The translations under genes were made by a program, and so were the position numbers. A stretch of DNA of 64,000 bases from Podarcis tiliguerta (Eukaryota): NCBI GenBank assembly GCA_965153285.1, contig OZ229114.1; one strand, 5' to 3'. Positions 46,661 through 58,310 of this stretch are shown in pieces. The notes under the pieces are model-generated. The model saw only the letters and a list, made by a program, of their open reading frames with translations, was not told where the DNA came from and did not search any database. Every line of letters begins with the position of its first letter. The stretch's first letter is position 1.

Positions 46661-48562
46661 TTTATGAAGGAACGTAGCCAGAAAATATTGTGCCAAAGCT
46701 GAAAATCCATGTAGGTTCTTCAAAGTTCCTTGAGACTGGAACTTGACTGCATTCACACAGCAGTTTATTCCATTTCCCTAACTGTTAATTTGAGCTTTCA
46801 CGTGGCATTAAAAGCAAGCCCTTCTGGAAATCTACAGTGCAAGTATAGCACCCATCTCCATGTAATTTGCTTCCGGGGGGGGGGGGGGACCTGCTTGCAA
46901 ACAACATGGAAACAATCTATGAACTTGCTCTATATTCCTGGAAGTGGTTTTTTCATTGTGTGGAAGTTCAAATATAATGCAGAAATTAACAATTAGGGTA
47001 ATGGGGAAATGGAACAAACTGCTGTATGGATGCAGATTTAAGAGTCCCATAGGCAGCTTGCTTGCCAGAAAAATCCATGTGCATTTTTTATCCCAGTGAA
47101 GCATTTTCCAATAGCTTTCCATCATAAGGAATCATTCCTAAAGCATTATTCCATGAAGGAAAACAAGGGCCAGCTCCAGATTTTTGGAGCTCCAGGCAAG
47201 GAACTGTACCAGCCCCTCCTGTATCTTGCTGCTCCCCACTTCCCTGAGCCTCTGGCCCAAGCGCCGCCATTTTTGTGAGGCTCATCAGTGGTGACCTCAA
47301 TTGCCTCATGGGAAGAGGAAGGTGAGGCCAAAAGTGTCTCTCTCTGGGCCAGCGGGATGAGCACTGCAGAATGGCAAGACCAAGAACAGCTGTGACATCG
47401 CCATGGCAACCGGAATGCTCTCCACCACAGCTGCCATCTCCAGCTGGGAAGCTGGCCTGGTTGCCACGGTGACTGAGATGTGCCTCAGTAGTAACACAGG
47501 AGCAGGGGGACTTGTGGGAAGGAATTGCGCATGGCGAAGCATGGAGGCCCAAAGGGAGCAGGAGAGCCATGTGACTCCTGAGACCCCGGGCAGCAGGTGG
47601 GGAACAGGGAAGCAGCAACTCCCTTCATTTGAACTGAAGTGGCCAGAGGGTGAGCTCACCCTGACATCAGGATGGGCAGCATGCCCTGTCTCGCTACTTT
47701 ATTGGCTGCTTTAGACAACCTGCCCTTTTTTGCCTTCAAACACTTTAGCGAACTCATTCAGGCAACAGCTGCTGACTGGAGTGGCTCATAAGTCCCAGCA
47801 GATGGCTAGCTAAGCTCAGGGTGGGACAGAGAAAAACCCATTACATTCGAAGAAGTAAAAAATGCCAACTTTTCAATGTTGGAGACTTCAATTCCTATCA
47901 GCTCCAGCCATTATGGTAGTTACAGTCCAAAACATCTGGAGGGCATCAGGTTGCGGGGGAGGGGGAGGGGAGCTGAATTCAAGCATGATTTTATTTGCCA
48001 TTTACCCGTTCCCCAATGAACCTGATCTCTAATGTTACAGATTCCAACAGAACTTAAAAAACAACAACAGCTGTATAACTTTATATCACCAGTTAGCATA
48101 CTCAGTGATGCTGCTGATCAGCACTAAGGGAAAAATAAATCAAGGAAGGGTGAACCTACACTTTTATTTTGCAGTCCCATTAAAACAAATAACACAAAAG
48201 TTGGTATATGGTGACTCAAGACAACCTGTACTATGATGGGGCTACAGTCAATAGATTGCACAATGCACATCTATACTTATATCCCCCTAATCTGCAGTCA
48301 CATCTGCATTATGGTTTTCATTACCTGTGTGCAACGGACTTCAGTAGTGACATATATGAATGGAAGGGAAATCTTTGGCTATGCCATTTTGGTGGCAGTG
48401 GCAGCATTCAATGCAGCTTCATGCATACAGAACTATGTATAAAAACCAGCACACCCACCCTCCCTTTGCCTATATAGGGTATATCCACTGAGGTGTTCAG
48501 AGCAAAATACATTGCCCAAGCAATCAAAGAATTATATTGGTTTTCCCTACTCAATATCTTAC

Positions 48563-48792
48563 CAATATTGACTGGAAGAGCTGGAAGGCTCCACTGAGCC
48601 AAATGTAGATGTGAGAGTTGATTGTGGTGGATGTTCCATTAAATGTGTTGGCCACCACGAGGAAGGAATAAGGCCCAATGCTGAAAAATTCCCAGTCGTA
48701 GGCTCCCGAGGTAGGAATGGTCTGGTTGGTTTCAAAAAGGCCTGTCCTGGCATTCCACCTGTATATGACACTGTCTATATTGTGGTTATTCC
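48563..48792 (-). CDS. TSPEAR: TSPEAR exon ~9 (EAR)
   Basis: ccttag acceptor; (G)[76 protein letters not shown]; gtaaga donor. Confidence 0.95.
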
Positions 48793-49060
48793 CTAAGGAA
48801 GAAAAAAATGTCAGACGTGAAGGACTGACCTCAAGGTTTTTATCTGAAAAGGAGAGTCATGTGAGAGGGTTGTTGTTGACAAGCTGAAGGAAATGACTGT
48901 CTAGTTTTTGACCAGATAAAGAACCAAAAAGGGAGCTAATAATTCAATTCCCCTGAAAAGATTTCAAAAGACAATGGCATTTTTGCATGGGATGGAATGT
49001 ATAGCATCCCATAAATAAGCCTACATGGGGCTGGGGGTCATATGCTCCACATCCCCTCTG

Positions 49061-49140
49061 ATAATAATAATAATAATAATAATAAATTTTATTTATATCC
49101 CGCCCTCCCCAGCCGAAGCCGGGCTCAGGGCGGCTAACAA
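49061..49140 (-). mobile_element. Retroposon 3'-end fragment with (ATT)n tail
   Basis: (AAT)n run followed by tttatttatatcccgccct...gggctcagggcggctaaca, the reverse of an L2/SINE-type 3' end. Confidence 0.5.
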
Positions 49141-51134
49141 CAATCAAATAATCAAACAATCAAATAATCCAACATTCTAAAAACATTTCTTTATAAAAAT
49201 TAATTAAAATTAAATGTGAGCTTCTCCCTCCTCCATAATAAAAAATATAGTAATGACACCCCAAATAAGCTGCCTGAGGCCTGCCTAGTGGCAAGGCTGG
49301 ACTTGGAAGAGAGTAAGGCATTACATGAATGAGAAATAAAGAATTTGATCAGCTAAGCTTTAGATTTTAATCATAACCACTACCACCCTTTTTCTTTTTG
49401 CAAAAGCAATTGAGGGGCCCAGTACAAATAGGACTGATTTAATAGCATTTACTTCCATATTGTCCCTGTTTACTTCATACTAAGGCTGAAACTACCATAC
49501 ATGTTAATTTTTCTTCCCACACAACACATTCTAGTAAAACAGTTCTTTCAATGGACTATGTTAACAGACTCCACTGGGTGGCAGCATATGGCCATTTCAT
49601 GGGCACTCCAAATGATTTTGGATCCCCAAAAGCTTCCAGGAGGTTCCACTTTAGTTGGGAGGCCAGGCTTGCAAGCCATGCTAAGCCCAGGGAAATCATG
49701 TGAGTGCGCAGCCTCTGAGAGAGGTGGTTTTGGTTTCTGTGCTCCTTCCCAATTGTTCTGCTGCTGCACTGAGCTAAATGAAGCTCTAGTTGCCTTGATT
49801 CGTTGAAAAAACCCAAGCCTGTGGTTTTAGCTATGTTCAGGCTTTGGCTTTTTGGCTCATAGTTTGTGAAGTGCAAACCATACCAAGTGACAAACCATTC
49901 TGATGGTTTGGAGGAATGTTGCAGAATTTTAACCTAGATGCCTGAAATCTAAACTACCAGCCATGTTTTCAACCAAGGTTTGGCATACTGTTTGTGGGAA
50001 ACTAAGAATCAGTTGTTTTTCCTCAGGGGCTGGGCTGAGGACAAACACTCTAGCAGGGGACCCATTTCCCAGCTCAAAATACCTCACAAAGTTGCTATTC
50101 GTTACTGTGCAATTTTAGGCAGGGGGGACAAAAACCACCAGGGGATGATTTTCAGCAGGAAAACAACATAGGGGCAAATGGTTAAAAATAAATAAATGAC
50201 GACAACGACATCCTGCCATGTTGCAATCTCACTCTGGATTGAGGACCCCCAGGGTTGCTTTCATAAATCCAGGTTTTTAAAATGTCTCTCTTAACACTGC
50301 ATAGGCCCTGAGACACAAAGAAAGCATCCGTTTGTTGCTGGGGTCTAAATATGTATAACCACATACTAAACACAGTACAGATGCAAATATGAAAAAGCTG
50401 GTGGAAAATGAAGCAGACACCCACGGTTTAAAAATGGTTTTAGCCAATACAAATTATTAATTTAAAGAGGACACAGAGCTCTTGGAAGTGAATTGCTGAG
50501 CAGCATCTGAACCCTGGCAGGTGGGGGCGAAAGAGGAGTGCAATTCGTTATTTCCCTGTTATAGACCCTACAAGGGAAGGCTGCAGTCAGTTGGACTGCT
50601 GATCGCAATAGCTACAGTGACAGCAGCTTCATTGATCCCTTGCAGTATCTCTCTTGGCTGAAGAGTCACTTCTGGTGGAAGAGTCTCCTAAGAACACAAA
50701 CCTAGATGGATGAGACCAAGGATGCACCTAATCCAATATCCTGCTTTCCACAGTGGCCAACCAGATGCCTCCATGCAGTAGCTCTCCCTCGAGCAACAGT
50801 GGTTTAGTGGAGACTGGCAGACCTATCCCTATACACATTCATTTAATCCCCTTTGAAAGTCATCTAAGATACTTGCCCTCTGTGTTTTGCAAGCAGGGCA
50901 TAGACTAGATAAATAGATAGATAGAAAGATTAAATTAATTAAGGGGAGCTCATCACGGCATTTCCATGCCAAAAATGACACCTGTTGACTTGATGCATGC
51001 CACACAGCTGTTAAGAGGAACAGAACATATGTAAGGAAAGCAGGTGCAAGCCAGGTGGTTCTGGCTGTCCAATGGCAAAGGGAAGGGATTTTGCACATGC
51101 CAATTGGTGTCACTGTACATTGGCAACCAGAGAC

Positions 51135-51321
51135 CTTTTCTATGATTAGCCACTGCGAGGAAGGCCTCTCCATCAATGACGAATGCCTCCCAGTCTCGAG
51201 CACTGTATGTGTTGATCCTCTGGTACACAGTGAATTTCTCCTTTCTGTAGTTCCACTTGTAAATCACAGAAAACTCTTGACCCCTTTCATTTGCTTCAAA
51301 ATTTGCCACTGCAAGGAAAAT
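51135..51321 (-). CDS. TSPEAR: TSPEAR exon ~8 (EAR)
   Basis: tttcag acceptor; [62 protein letters not shown](G); weak gtctct donor; phase fits the next exon. Confidence 0.93.
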
Positions 51322-51410
51322 CTGAAAAACAAGAAGCTACAACAGCTCAGTCTCTCTTCTTACACAGAACTATCCATATATTCTGCGTGAAATCGTTACT
51401 GAGGTTACTG

Positions 51411-51636
51411 AGTTGTCCCACCCTCCATATTTTCCCAGTCTGGCCCCATCGGATGTCTTTCTTTTTCCAAAACTGAAATCTGCACTGAAAGGGCACAGAT
51501 TTTCCAACATTTCACTCATCCAAGCTGCTGTGACGGTGGAACTGAAAGCAGTACGAAAAGAGGACTTTTCCAGAAGTTCTACAAACGTTGTCAATGGTGC
51601 ATTGTATCAGAGGGGGCCTACTTTGAAGGCCTGTAA
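51411..51636 (+). mobile_element. Mariner transposase C-terminal remnant
   Basis: HPPYFPSLAPSDVFLFPKLKSALKGHRF matches the mariner HPPYSPDLAPSD motif; after a frameshift it reads ...CQWCIVSEGAYFEGL then stop. Confidence 0.88.
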
Positions 51637-51971
51637 GCACAACAGGTTCTTTTCCAGAGAGGAAAAACTCTCAAAATGCGAAAATATGCTATCCTTCCCC
51701 CCACCCCACCCCAGACCACACATACTTTATTTGGAATATTTATTGGGCACACTCCATGAAATGCTCTCAGAATTTCCTACAATAAAATAGTGAAACCGCT
51801 ACAGAAGCCATATTTCATAAATAGCAATAGAGCAAGACACAGCAGTGCAATGAAAGCCAGCTTTGAAAAGCTCTTGCACTTTGCCACCAAACATCTCTGG
51901 TATGAGATTCTTGGTCTGCTAAAGTCTTCTAGCACAGCCTGCTCCAAATCTCCAAATCTCTTCTTCTAGAG

Positions 51972-52357
51972 CAAATGTGGGGAACTTTTTCTGGCCAGAG
52001 GGCTGGATCTCTTCCCCACCCTGGCAGGCCAAAGTTGACAGGTGGGCAGCCCATCACATGACATCACATACTGATGTCATGTGATGTTTCCCTTTGAGTA
52101 TCGTGAAGGTTTGAAGAAGCACGGGGGGGGGGGGGCATTTGAAAGCCTTGATCAAGGCACATGCTGACCATTTATCAGCTGATGGGCGGGTAGGAGTGCA
52201 CTTTCAAACACAGCCCCCTCCATGCTTCAAACTGCAGAGTTCTGAAGGAAAAGCACAAGGGGGAGTTGAAATTGATGGGTGGATAGGAATACACCTTTCT
52301 CAATCAAAGGAATTCCTACCCTTGCTGGCCAAATGGTAAGGAGTTTCCCCCATCCCT
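51972..52357. mobile_element. Degenerate hAT (Charlie-type) MITE
   Basis: Termini caaatgtggggaact / agtttccccatccctg; 8-bp TSD TTCTAGAG / TTCTAGAT. Confidence 0.65.
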
Positions 52358-52542
52358 GTTCTAGATAAATAAGAATACCAGTATGGAGGTGTGGAGGAAT
52401 TATATCTATATCCATTTCAATCTATATCTGTATATTTATTTGTGTTTGAAGGGGGAAATGTGTTGTGACCTTTATCAAAGTGCCTTGATTTGTCATGGTG
52501 TTGTAAGCCTACATAGTAGTAGTTCTTGGGGACAGGTTATGA

Positions 52543-52548
<6 letters not shown>

Positions 52549-52578
<30 letters not shown>
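52549..52578. repeat. (GA)n microsatellite
   Basis: Directly visible. Confidence 0.95.
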
Positions 52579-52580
<2 letters not shown>

Positions 52581-52816
52581 ATCACCTTACAAATGTATTA
52601 GATGGGGCCTGGATCAGCTAAATTTAATCCGATCGGTCTGGATGACAGTAGATTCTTATTGGCTTAAGGTTCCAATTCACTTGGGAGTTGACTGTCAGAT
52701 GGGGGTTAATTGCCAGTTAAGGAACTGGTAAGGGAGGTGTGAGAAAAAGGCCAGAGAGAAAAGCTGATGGGAATAGTGGAGTATCCCGTAATACTGAAAA
52801 TTAACTTACAATTTAC

Positions 52817-53049
52817 CTTTTTTCCGATAGTAAAGAATTTCCAGGACTGGGCTTGGTAAGTGGGGATATTTTGGTATGCCACAAATTTCTCATCCGTCCA
52901 TTTGTAGATGGCTGACCCTGGAGGAGTGTACCGATTAGCAGTAGCTGCAAAGAGTCCCACGTCAGGGATGACAAAGACCTCTATGCCCATGGTTTCAGAA
53001 TTTGTAGCTAAACTCTGGTATTCTTCCAGATAGTCCAGTCTTTCTTCAA
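52817..53049 (-). CDS. TSPEAR: TSPEAR exon ~7 (EAR)
   Basis: tcatag acceptor; (V)[77 protein letters not shown]; gtaaat donor. Confidence 0.95.
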
Positions 53050-53310
53050 CTATGAAATCAAATGGCATTAATAAGGGGATTCTGTAGGCAGAATGATCCA
53101 GCAGAATTAGCATTCCTGAAATGATTTATCTTCTCCTCCCCTCCGCTTCTGTGACCCTCTTCCTTGGGCCTTCTATCTGCCCTGAATTTCCCTCTCATTC
53201 CTTCTGGTTTCCCTACCCCTGATCCTATTCAAACTTACCTTTCACATTTAGATCTAGCTTCTCTGCTCAGATGCCTATAAGCCAGTTTAAACATGGTGCC
53301 TGAGCCCCTC

Positions 53311-53782
53311 TCGGCATGTTTGCACTTCTGTCTCATTGACGTCTATACTGCCTTGTCATATACACACAATAGAAGATGGCAGGCTCCCCAAGGGGCTGGC
53401 TTCAGGCACCAGTTCTGCTGGCAGACCAACCCTGCATTACAAAGATGTCTGAAAACATGACATGAAGGCTGGCAACATTAACTCCGCCGTGAAAGAATCC
53501 CTCACAGATGACCACAGCACCTGGAGACAGGCAGTCAGGTTGTGCAACCACAGAAGGGACCAGAAGAGGAATGACTGCTTGGAGGAGCGCAGAAAGAAGA
53601 AATGCCATGCTTTACCTGCACCAGCACAACCAAACACCCTCATCTGCCCCAGCTGCAACAAAACATGTCTCTCCCATTTTGGTCTCTACTGCCACAGCAG
53701 GTGCTGTAATTCCCCAAAGGTTTGACTTTACCCCCAAAGAGACACTCCTGCATTGTCTCCCAAGACAGACGGAGGCCAACCA
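53311..53782 (+). mobile_element. RTE-clade LINE 3' fragment (degenerate)
   Basis: Remnant of DGRLPK...GRP.L.YKD..K.DMK...D.STWRQ...ICPSCNKTCLSHFGLYCHSRCC, the C-terminal CxxC..H zinc-knuckle-like end of RTE ORFs. Confidence 0.75.
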
Positions 53783-53878
53783 ATTTGTTGTTTATTGTTT
53801 GTAAGCCGATTTGAGATTCATTTGAATGGAAAGCGGAACAGAAATACAACCAATCAATCCGTACCCAGAAAGGCTTAC

Positions 53879-54010
53879 CTTCTAGCAAGGAAATCCATTT
53901 ATCCCCGCTGCATATAAATAGCCCTTTCTGAGCAGCATTAAACCAGAACTGACCACTTTCACTTTTGGTACAGGGAGGGCGAGACCCCAAAGTCACCTTC
54001 ATGTCTGCTT
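53879..54010 (-). CDS. TSPEAR: TSPEAR exon ~6
   Basis: attcag acceptor; (E)ADMKVTLGSRPPCTKSESGQFWFNAAQKGLFICSGDKWISLLE; gtaagc donor. Confidence 0.93.
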
Positions 54011-55459
54011 CTGAATGATAACAGTTAAAAAAAAAAACACAAGCAAATTAGCAGCAAATAAATACTTGCTCTGGCACCACGAGAAATGCAATTATAGATA
54101 TCAATATGCAACTGCACTGGATTATGAGAGATAATGCTTGGCTACAAACATGTTTTTCTCTGTGTTCATTTGCCACTGGACAAGTATGGTCTTTGATTTG
54201 GGGGGGGGGGGGCAATTCGAGAATGAGTTATAAACAGTGAATGGCCTTTTAGGCTTCCTCCATGTGAATAGTTCACTTTTTGAATAATAAAAATTATATG
54301 TTATGGGGGGTGGGGTGGCGTCAGGATTTTAGAGATGCTTAGGTGGGGCATGGCCAAAAAAAGGTTGGGAACCACTGGTCTAGCAGATGAAGTCACCAAA
54401 TAAGTCATGGTAAAGGCAGGCTGCTGGGTTCACACATAACACCAAGCTATAGTTAAAACAAACCAAGATTCATAAGCAAAACAACAAACCATCACTTCAG
54501 ATTGTGGTTTTGTTCGCAATAAACAAGCCATGGTGGTGTGTGATAACAACCAAATCTTCTGCAAAGGAACAGTTCATCCAGAAGCACTCTGGGTATGATG
54601 TTTTATTACGCCATAAACTAAGCAATGACAGTTGGCTTAATTAGGAGCTTGCACTGTGGAACTGTTGTTGAAAATTCCCCTTGGGAATTTTCCTATGAAA
54701 TCCCACAGTCCCATTTTGTCCCTCGTAGCTCTTTAAGATCTTTACATAAAACCACTTGGAAAGTTCATCTGAGGATTCAGAATTAAATGTCACCAGTGGG
54801 CTGATAACACTCAATTATATCTCTTCGGCAACCTTGACCACTGGCCATGGTGGCTGAGGCAGATGGGAATCATAATCTTCTACAATGTATACAATTTCTT
54901 CTCCCATATAAACACACTACTGGATGGTAAGATTTGCAGGAGAGGCTCTGCTCTGAGTCTTGCCAGCCTCTGAAGTCAGGCAGGTAGGGATAAGGAGCGG
55001 GGCCTTCTCTGTGGTGACACCTTTCCACTAGTAAACGGCAAAGCAGACATATGTTGCTGTCATCAAAGTATAGGCAAGAAATATTGTTTTGCATTTGATA
55101 ACAGAAACACTGTACAATGTTTTTGTTTATTAATGGCATTTGTCCTAAGATACGAAGTTTTCTGGGTAGCTTAAGCAATATATTATGTATATCAGTGAAA
55201 AGGTCCGCAAGGAAGAAAGGTTCATTAACTACAAGGAATCAATCTCACTATTTTATCGAAGGGGGAAATGAAACAGAATAGTATTATATGACAAAATTCA
55301 AACATACCCTTCTACTGCTGCAAGTCAATCAGCCCAGATCTGCTCTAACTCCAGGCTCTCTCTCTGCACTTGGAAGGGTTACCAGCTTGTTCTCCTCTAT
55401 AGTTTCCTAATGCAAGTTGTTGGAAGCACCTCAAAACCTATTTTGTTTGTTTTACTGAC

Positions 55460-55616
55460 CGTAAGGGTATTTCAGCAGCCCATTGCCCGCTGGTTTCACG
55501 GGGAGATCCTGCAGAATTTTAGGGATGGAGAGCACTGCTAGATTAAAGTTCATGCCAGTGCACATCCTTGAGGTAGCATCAGATCCTGGCAACAGGACCA
55601 GCTGCCTTAGCAAGCC
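55460..55616 (-). CDS. TSPEAR: TSPEAR exon ~5 (end of laminin-G/TSPN domain)
   Basis: tttcag acceptor; [52 protein letters not shown]; gtcagt donor. Confidence 0.94.
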
Positions 55617-57672
55617 CTGAAAAGAGAGGAAGACAGACTAGGGAATGAAATCAATCAGGGTTGTTGGAAGACCGTGGTTGGTATGTTTACAACATTGATT
55701 TTCTTTCTTTGTTCAGTTGATGACGGGGCTTAAGCCCATTTGAAAAATCATGGGCCCCAATTTTCATATGTGTGGGGAGCAACTGTGACTCATCAGTGAC
55801 AGGGGAAAACTACCTTTCAGGTGCTCAGGGGCACCCTCTTCATATTGCTCTATGTGGGCTATTGAATCTGCCGTTGAACATTGATTCCAGGGCTGAGCTC
55901 AGAGGTTCCAAAGAGTCTCTGCTCAAAATAAGTTCTGTGCTGCTGGCCTCTATTCTTTATTCACAAGAGCAGCTTCTCACCAATGTGTACATGATGGGTG
56001 AACAAGTATGGTATATGAGCAATAATTCTTTGACTAATCTGTCCTTTTACTATCCACATTAACATTGAGGGTGATAGGGAACACGAGAGAAAGTATGACA
56101 CTTTCATGTTATGTTGACCCTGTTGAAAGTGTATGGCTGAATTATACACCACAGTGTAGATGCAGATCAAAGCAACATTTCATGCACAAACATACTAGGT
56201 CTTCATGGAATGCCGGATATTAAGGAGCATATGCCTTTCAAACAACAGTATACTACCCCATGTTAACATTGGTTTGTTATAAAACACTTCTGCAATGGTT
56301 ACCCTGCCACTTTGAGACGGATTAAACTGTTACTGAAGCTAATGTGGAAATAAACTTCTACTGGTGGAGGAAAACCCACACCCTGTAATCTAAGAAAACT
56401 TAGTATTCCATATTTTCTTGAACTAAGGATCTAGCTATACATTATTTAACATAGGTATGTAACAAAAACCTGCTGGGCTGGCTGCTTGTCCGAGGAGGGA
56501 GATTAGGGAAAAAGCACGCATGTGCAGTAGTTGTAAGAGTGTGGAGAGTATTTTCCTTCACTTCCAATAGGCTTCACTTAAGGGAATGACTATTCAACCA
56601 GTCCATGGAGTATAATATACTGCTTCCCCTATTGCCTCTCATTCATCTATAAGTCTTTTGGGACAGTAACTGGATCCTTTTTATGGCTTTCCTGCACTAG
56701 TTTCTCTCTCTAAATTTACTCTCAGCATCTCAGAAACAATTTGCCAGACCCCCCATCTTCCAATTATCCCCTTAGAGCTAGTTCTAGCACTCCCCCAATA
56801 CACCTCTTTCAGCCACCCATCCTGAGCACACACCCACACCCTCGGTGCAAATAGTTTGGCTTTTCACTCTCTTTAAGTTTGAGATGTACGCTTCAGGCTG
56901 TTTTGTCATAATCTGAATTTAATAAATCATTTGTAAGCGCGAGATGAAGATCAGCATAAATCACTTCAGCTAATGTCTTCTTCATTTCCTGTTTGTTCTA
57001 CCTGATCTTGCAAAGACTCTTTTTACTACAATGGAAAGCATTTCAAGAAAACATTATTTTTTTTTAAAAAAATGAACGATTGTTGACCTTTAACCATCGC
57101 AAAACATTAAGAAAGGGATAGGTGGTTTTGTCACAAAGATGTACTCAGAAACAAATCACGTTTTCGGGGATGCTAAAGTGTGGGAGTTTTGGCAGTCAAA
57201 CCTAACAATGTTAGTATCTATGCTAGTTAGTAAATGAAGGGGTTAAGGACCACAGAGCTGTAAATTCCTAGAGAAGGCACACTCACCATGATTTGTTACA
57301 TTTGTGTGTGTGGATTCACAGTGCTCTGAGCCTTGTTTCGATATACTGTGTCCATACTGTAGGTTTTGTAACTTGAACCAACCAACTGGAACACATCTCA
57401 TAGCCAAAAAACCCTCCTTAATGCAGGAAAACCAGAACATTCCCAACAGTCCCTGCTTGAAAACTTTCAGGGATAGTTCACCACCCCTCTAGGTATCTCT
57501 CCAGTTTTTAAACTAATTTGGCTGCTAGGCCATTTTCAGGCACAATTCAAAGTGGTGATGCTTCCCTTTTAAACCCCTAAATAGTCTGGGGCCCAGATAT
57601 CTGGAGAGTGGTTTTCTTTTATATGAACCTGTGTGATTGCTAAGGTGATAATTGGAGGCCCCTGCTTAAAAT

Positions 57673-58310
57673 TAGGGCTGGCCAAATACATCAATTTCAT
57701 TATCTCATCTGTCCAATTTTAAGTTCAGTTCTCCATATTTCTACATCAGCTTGTGATTATTACTTTCTAAAGTCGTCCTGAAAACATAGCAGGATTTTAG
57801 TCCAAATATCTCCTAAATACACATTTTGTATGCAGTTTTGCCTAATATACACATTTTTGCAAAGCATTTTCACCTATGCATTTTTGTATGCTACTTTCAT
57901 ACAAAGCTACTTTGTATGCTATGGATCCAAACTACAAGAAAGAAGATTCCACCTAAACATTAGGAAGAACTTCCTGACAGTAAGAGCTGTTCGACACTGG
58001 AATTTGCTGCCAAGGAGTGTGGTGGAGTCTCCTTCTTTGGGGGTCTTTAAGCAGAGGCTTGACAACCATATGTCAGGAGTGCTCTGATGGTGTTTCCTGC
58101 TTGGCAGGGGGTTGGACTTGATGGCCCTTGTGGTCTCTTCCAACTCTATGATTCTATGATTCATATGAATTTATATGCACAATTTACCCTAGTATGTGCA
58201 TTTTGTTCACATTACTTGGCTGGAGAACTGCGCTGCAAAATCTGGAGAAGTGTGAATTAGGTAAGTCTACATTTAAATGCAAGCTGAATCAATTTTCTCT
58301 CCCATCCCTA
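57673..58310. mobile_element. hAT-type MITE interrupted by a CR1 insertion
   Basis: Termini TAGGGCTGG / CCATCCCTA; TSD CTTAAAAT / CTTAAAAA; a related copy without the CR1 lies at ~58780-59211. Confidence 0.65.
57921..58162 (+). mobile_element. CR1 LINE 3' end
   Basis: [54 protein letters not shown] (CR1 ORF2 C-terminus) followed by the (ATTCTATG)n tail. Confidence 0.93.

Noticed and set aside
47088-47714. Overlapping 100-176 aa ORFs in TSPEAR intron 9 as a nested (e.g. keratin-associated) gene
   Set aside because: No Cys- or Gly/Tyr-rich repeat pattern or other protein signature; better explained as a GC-rich regulatory patch.
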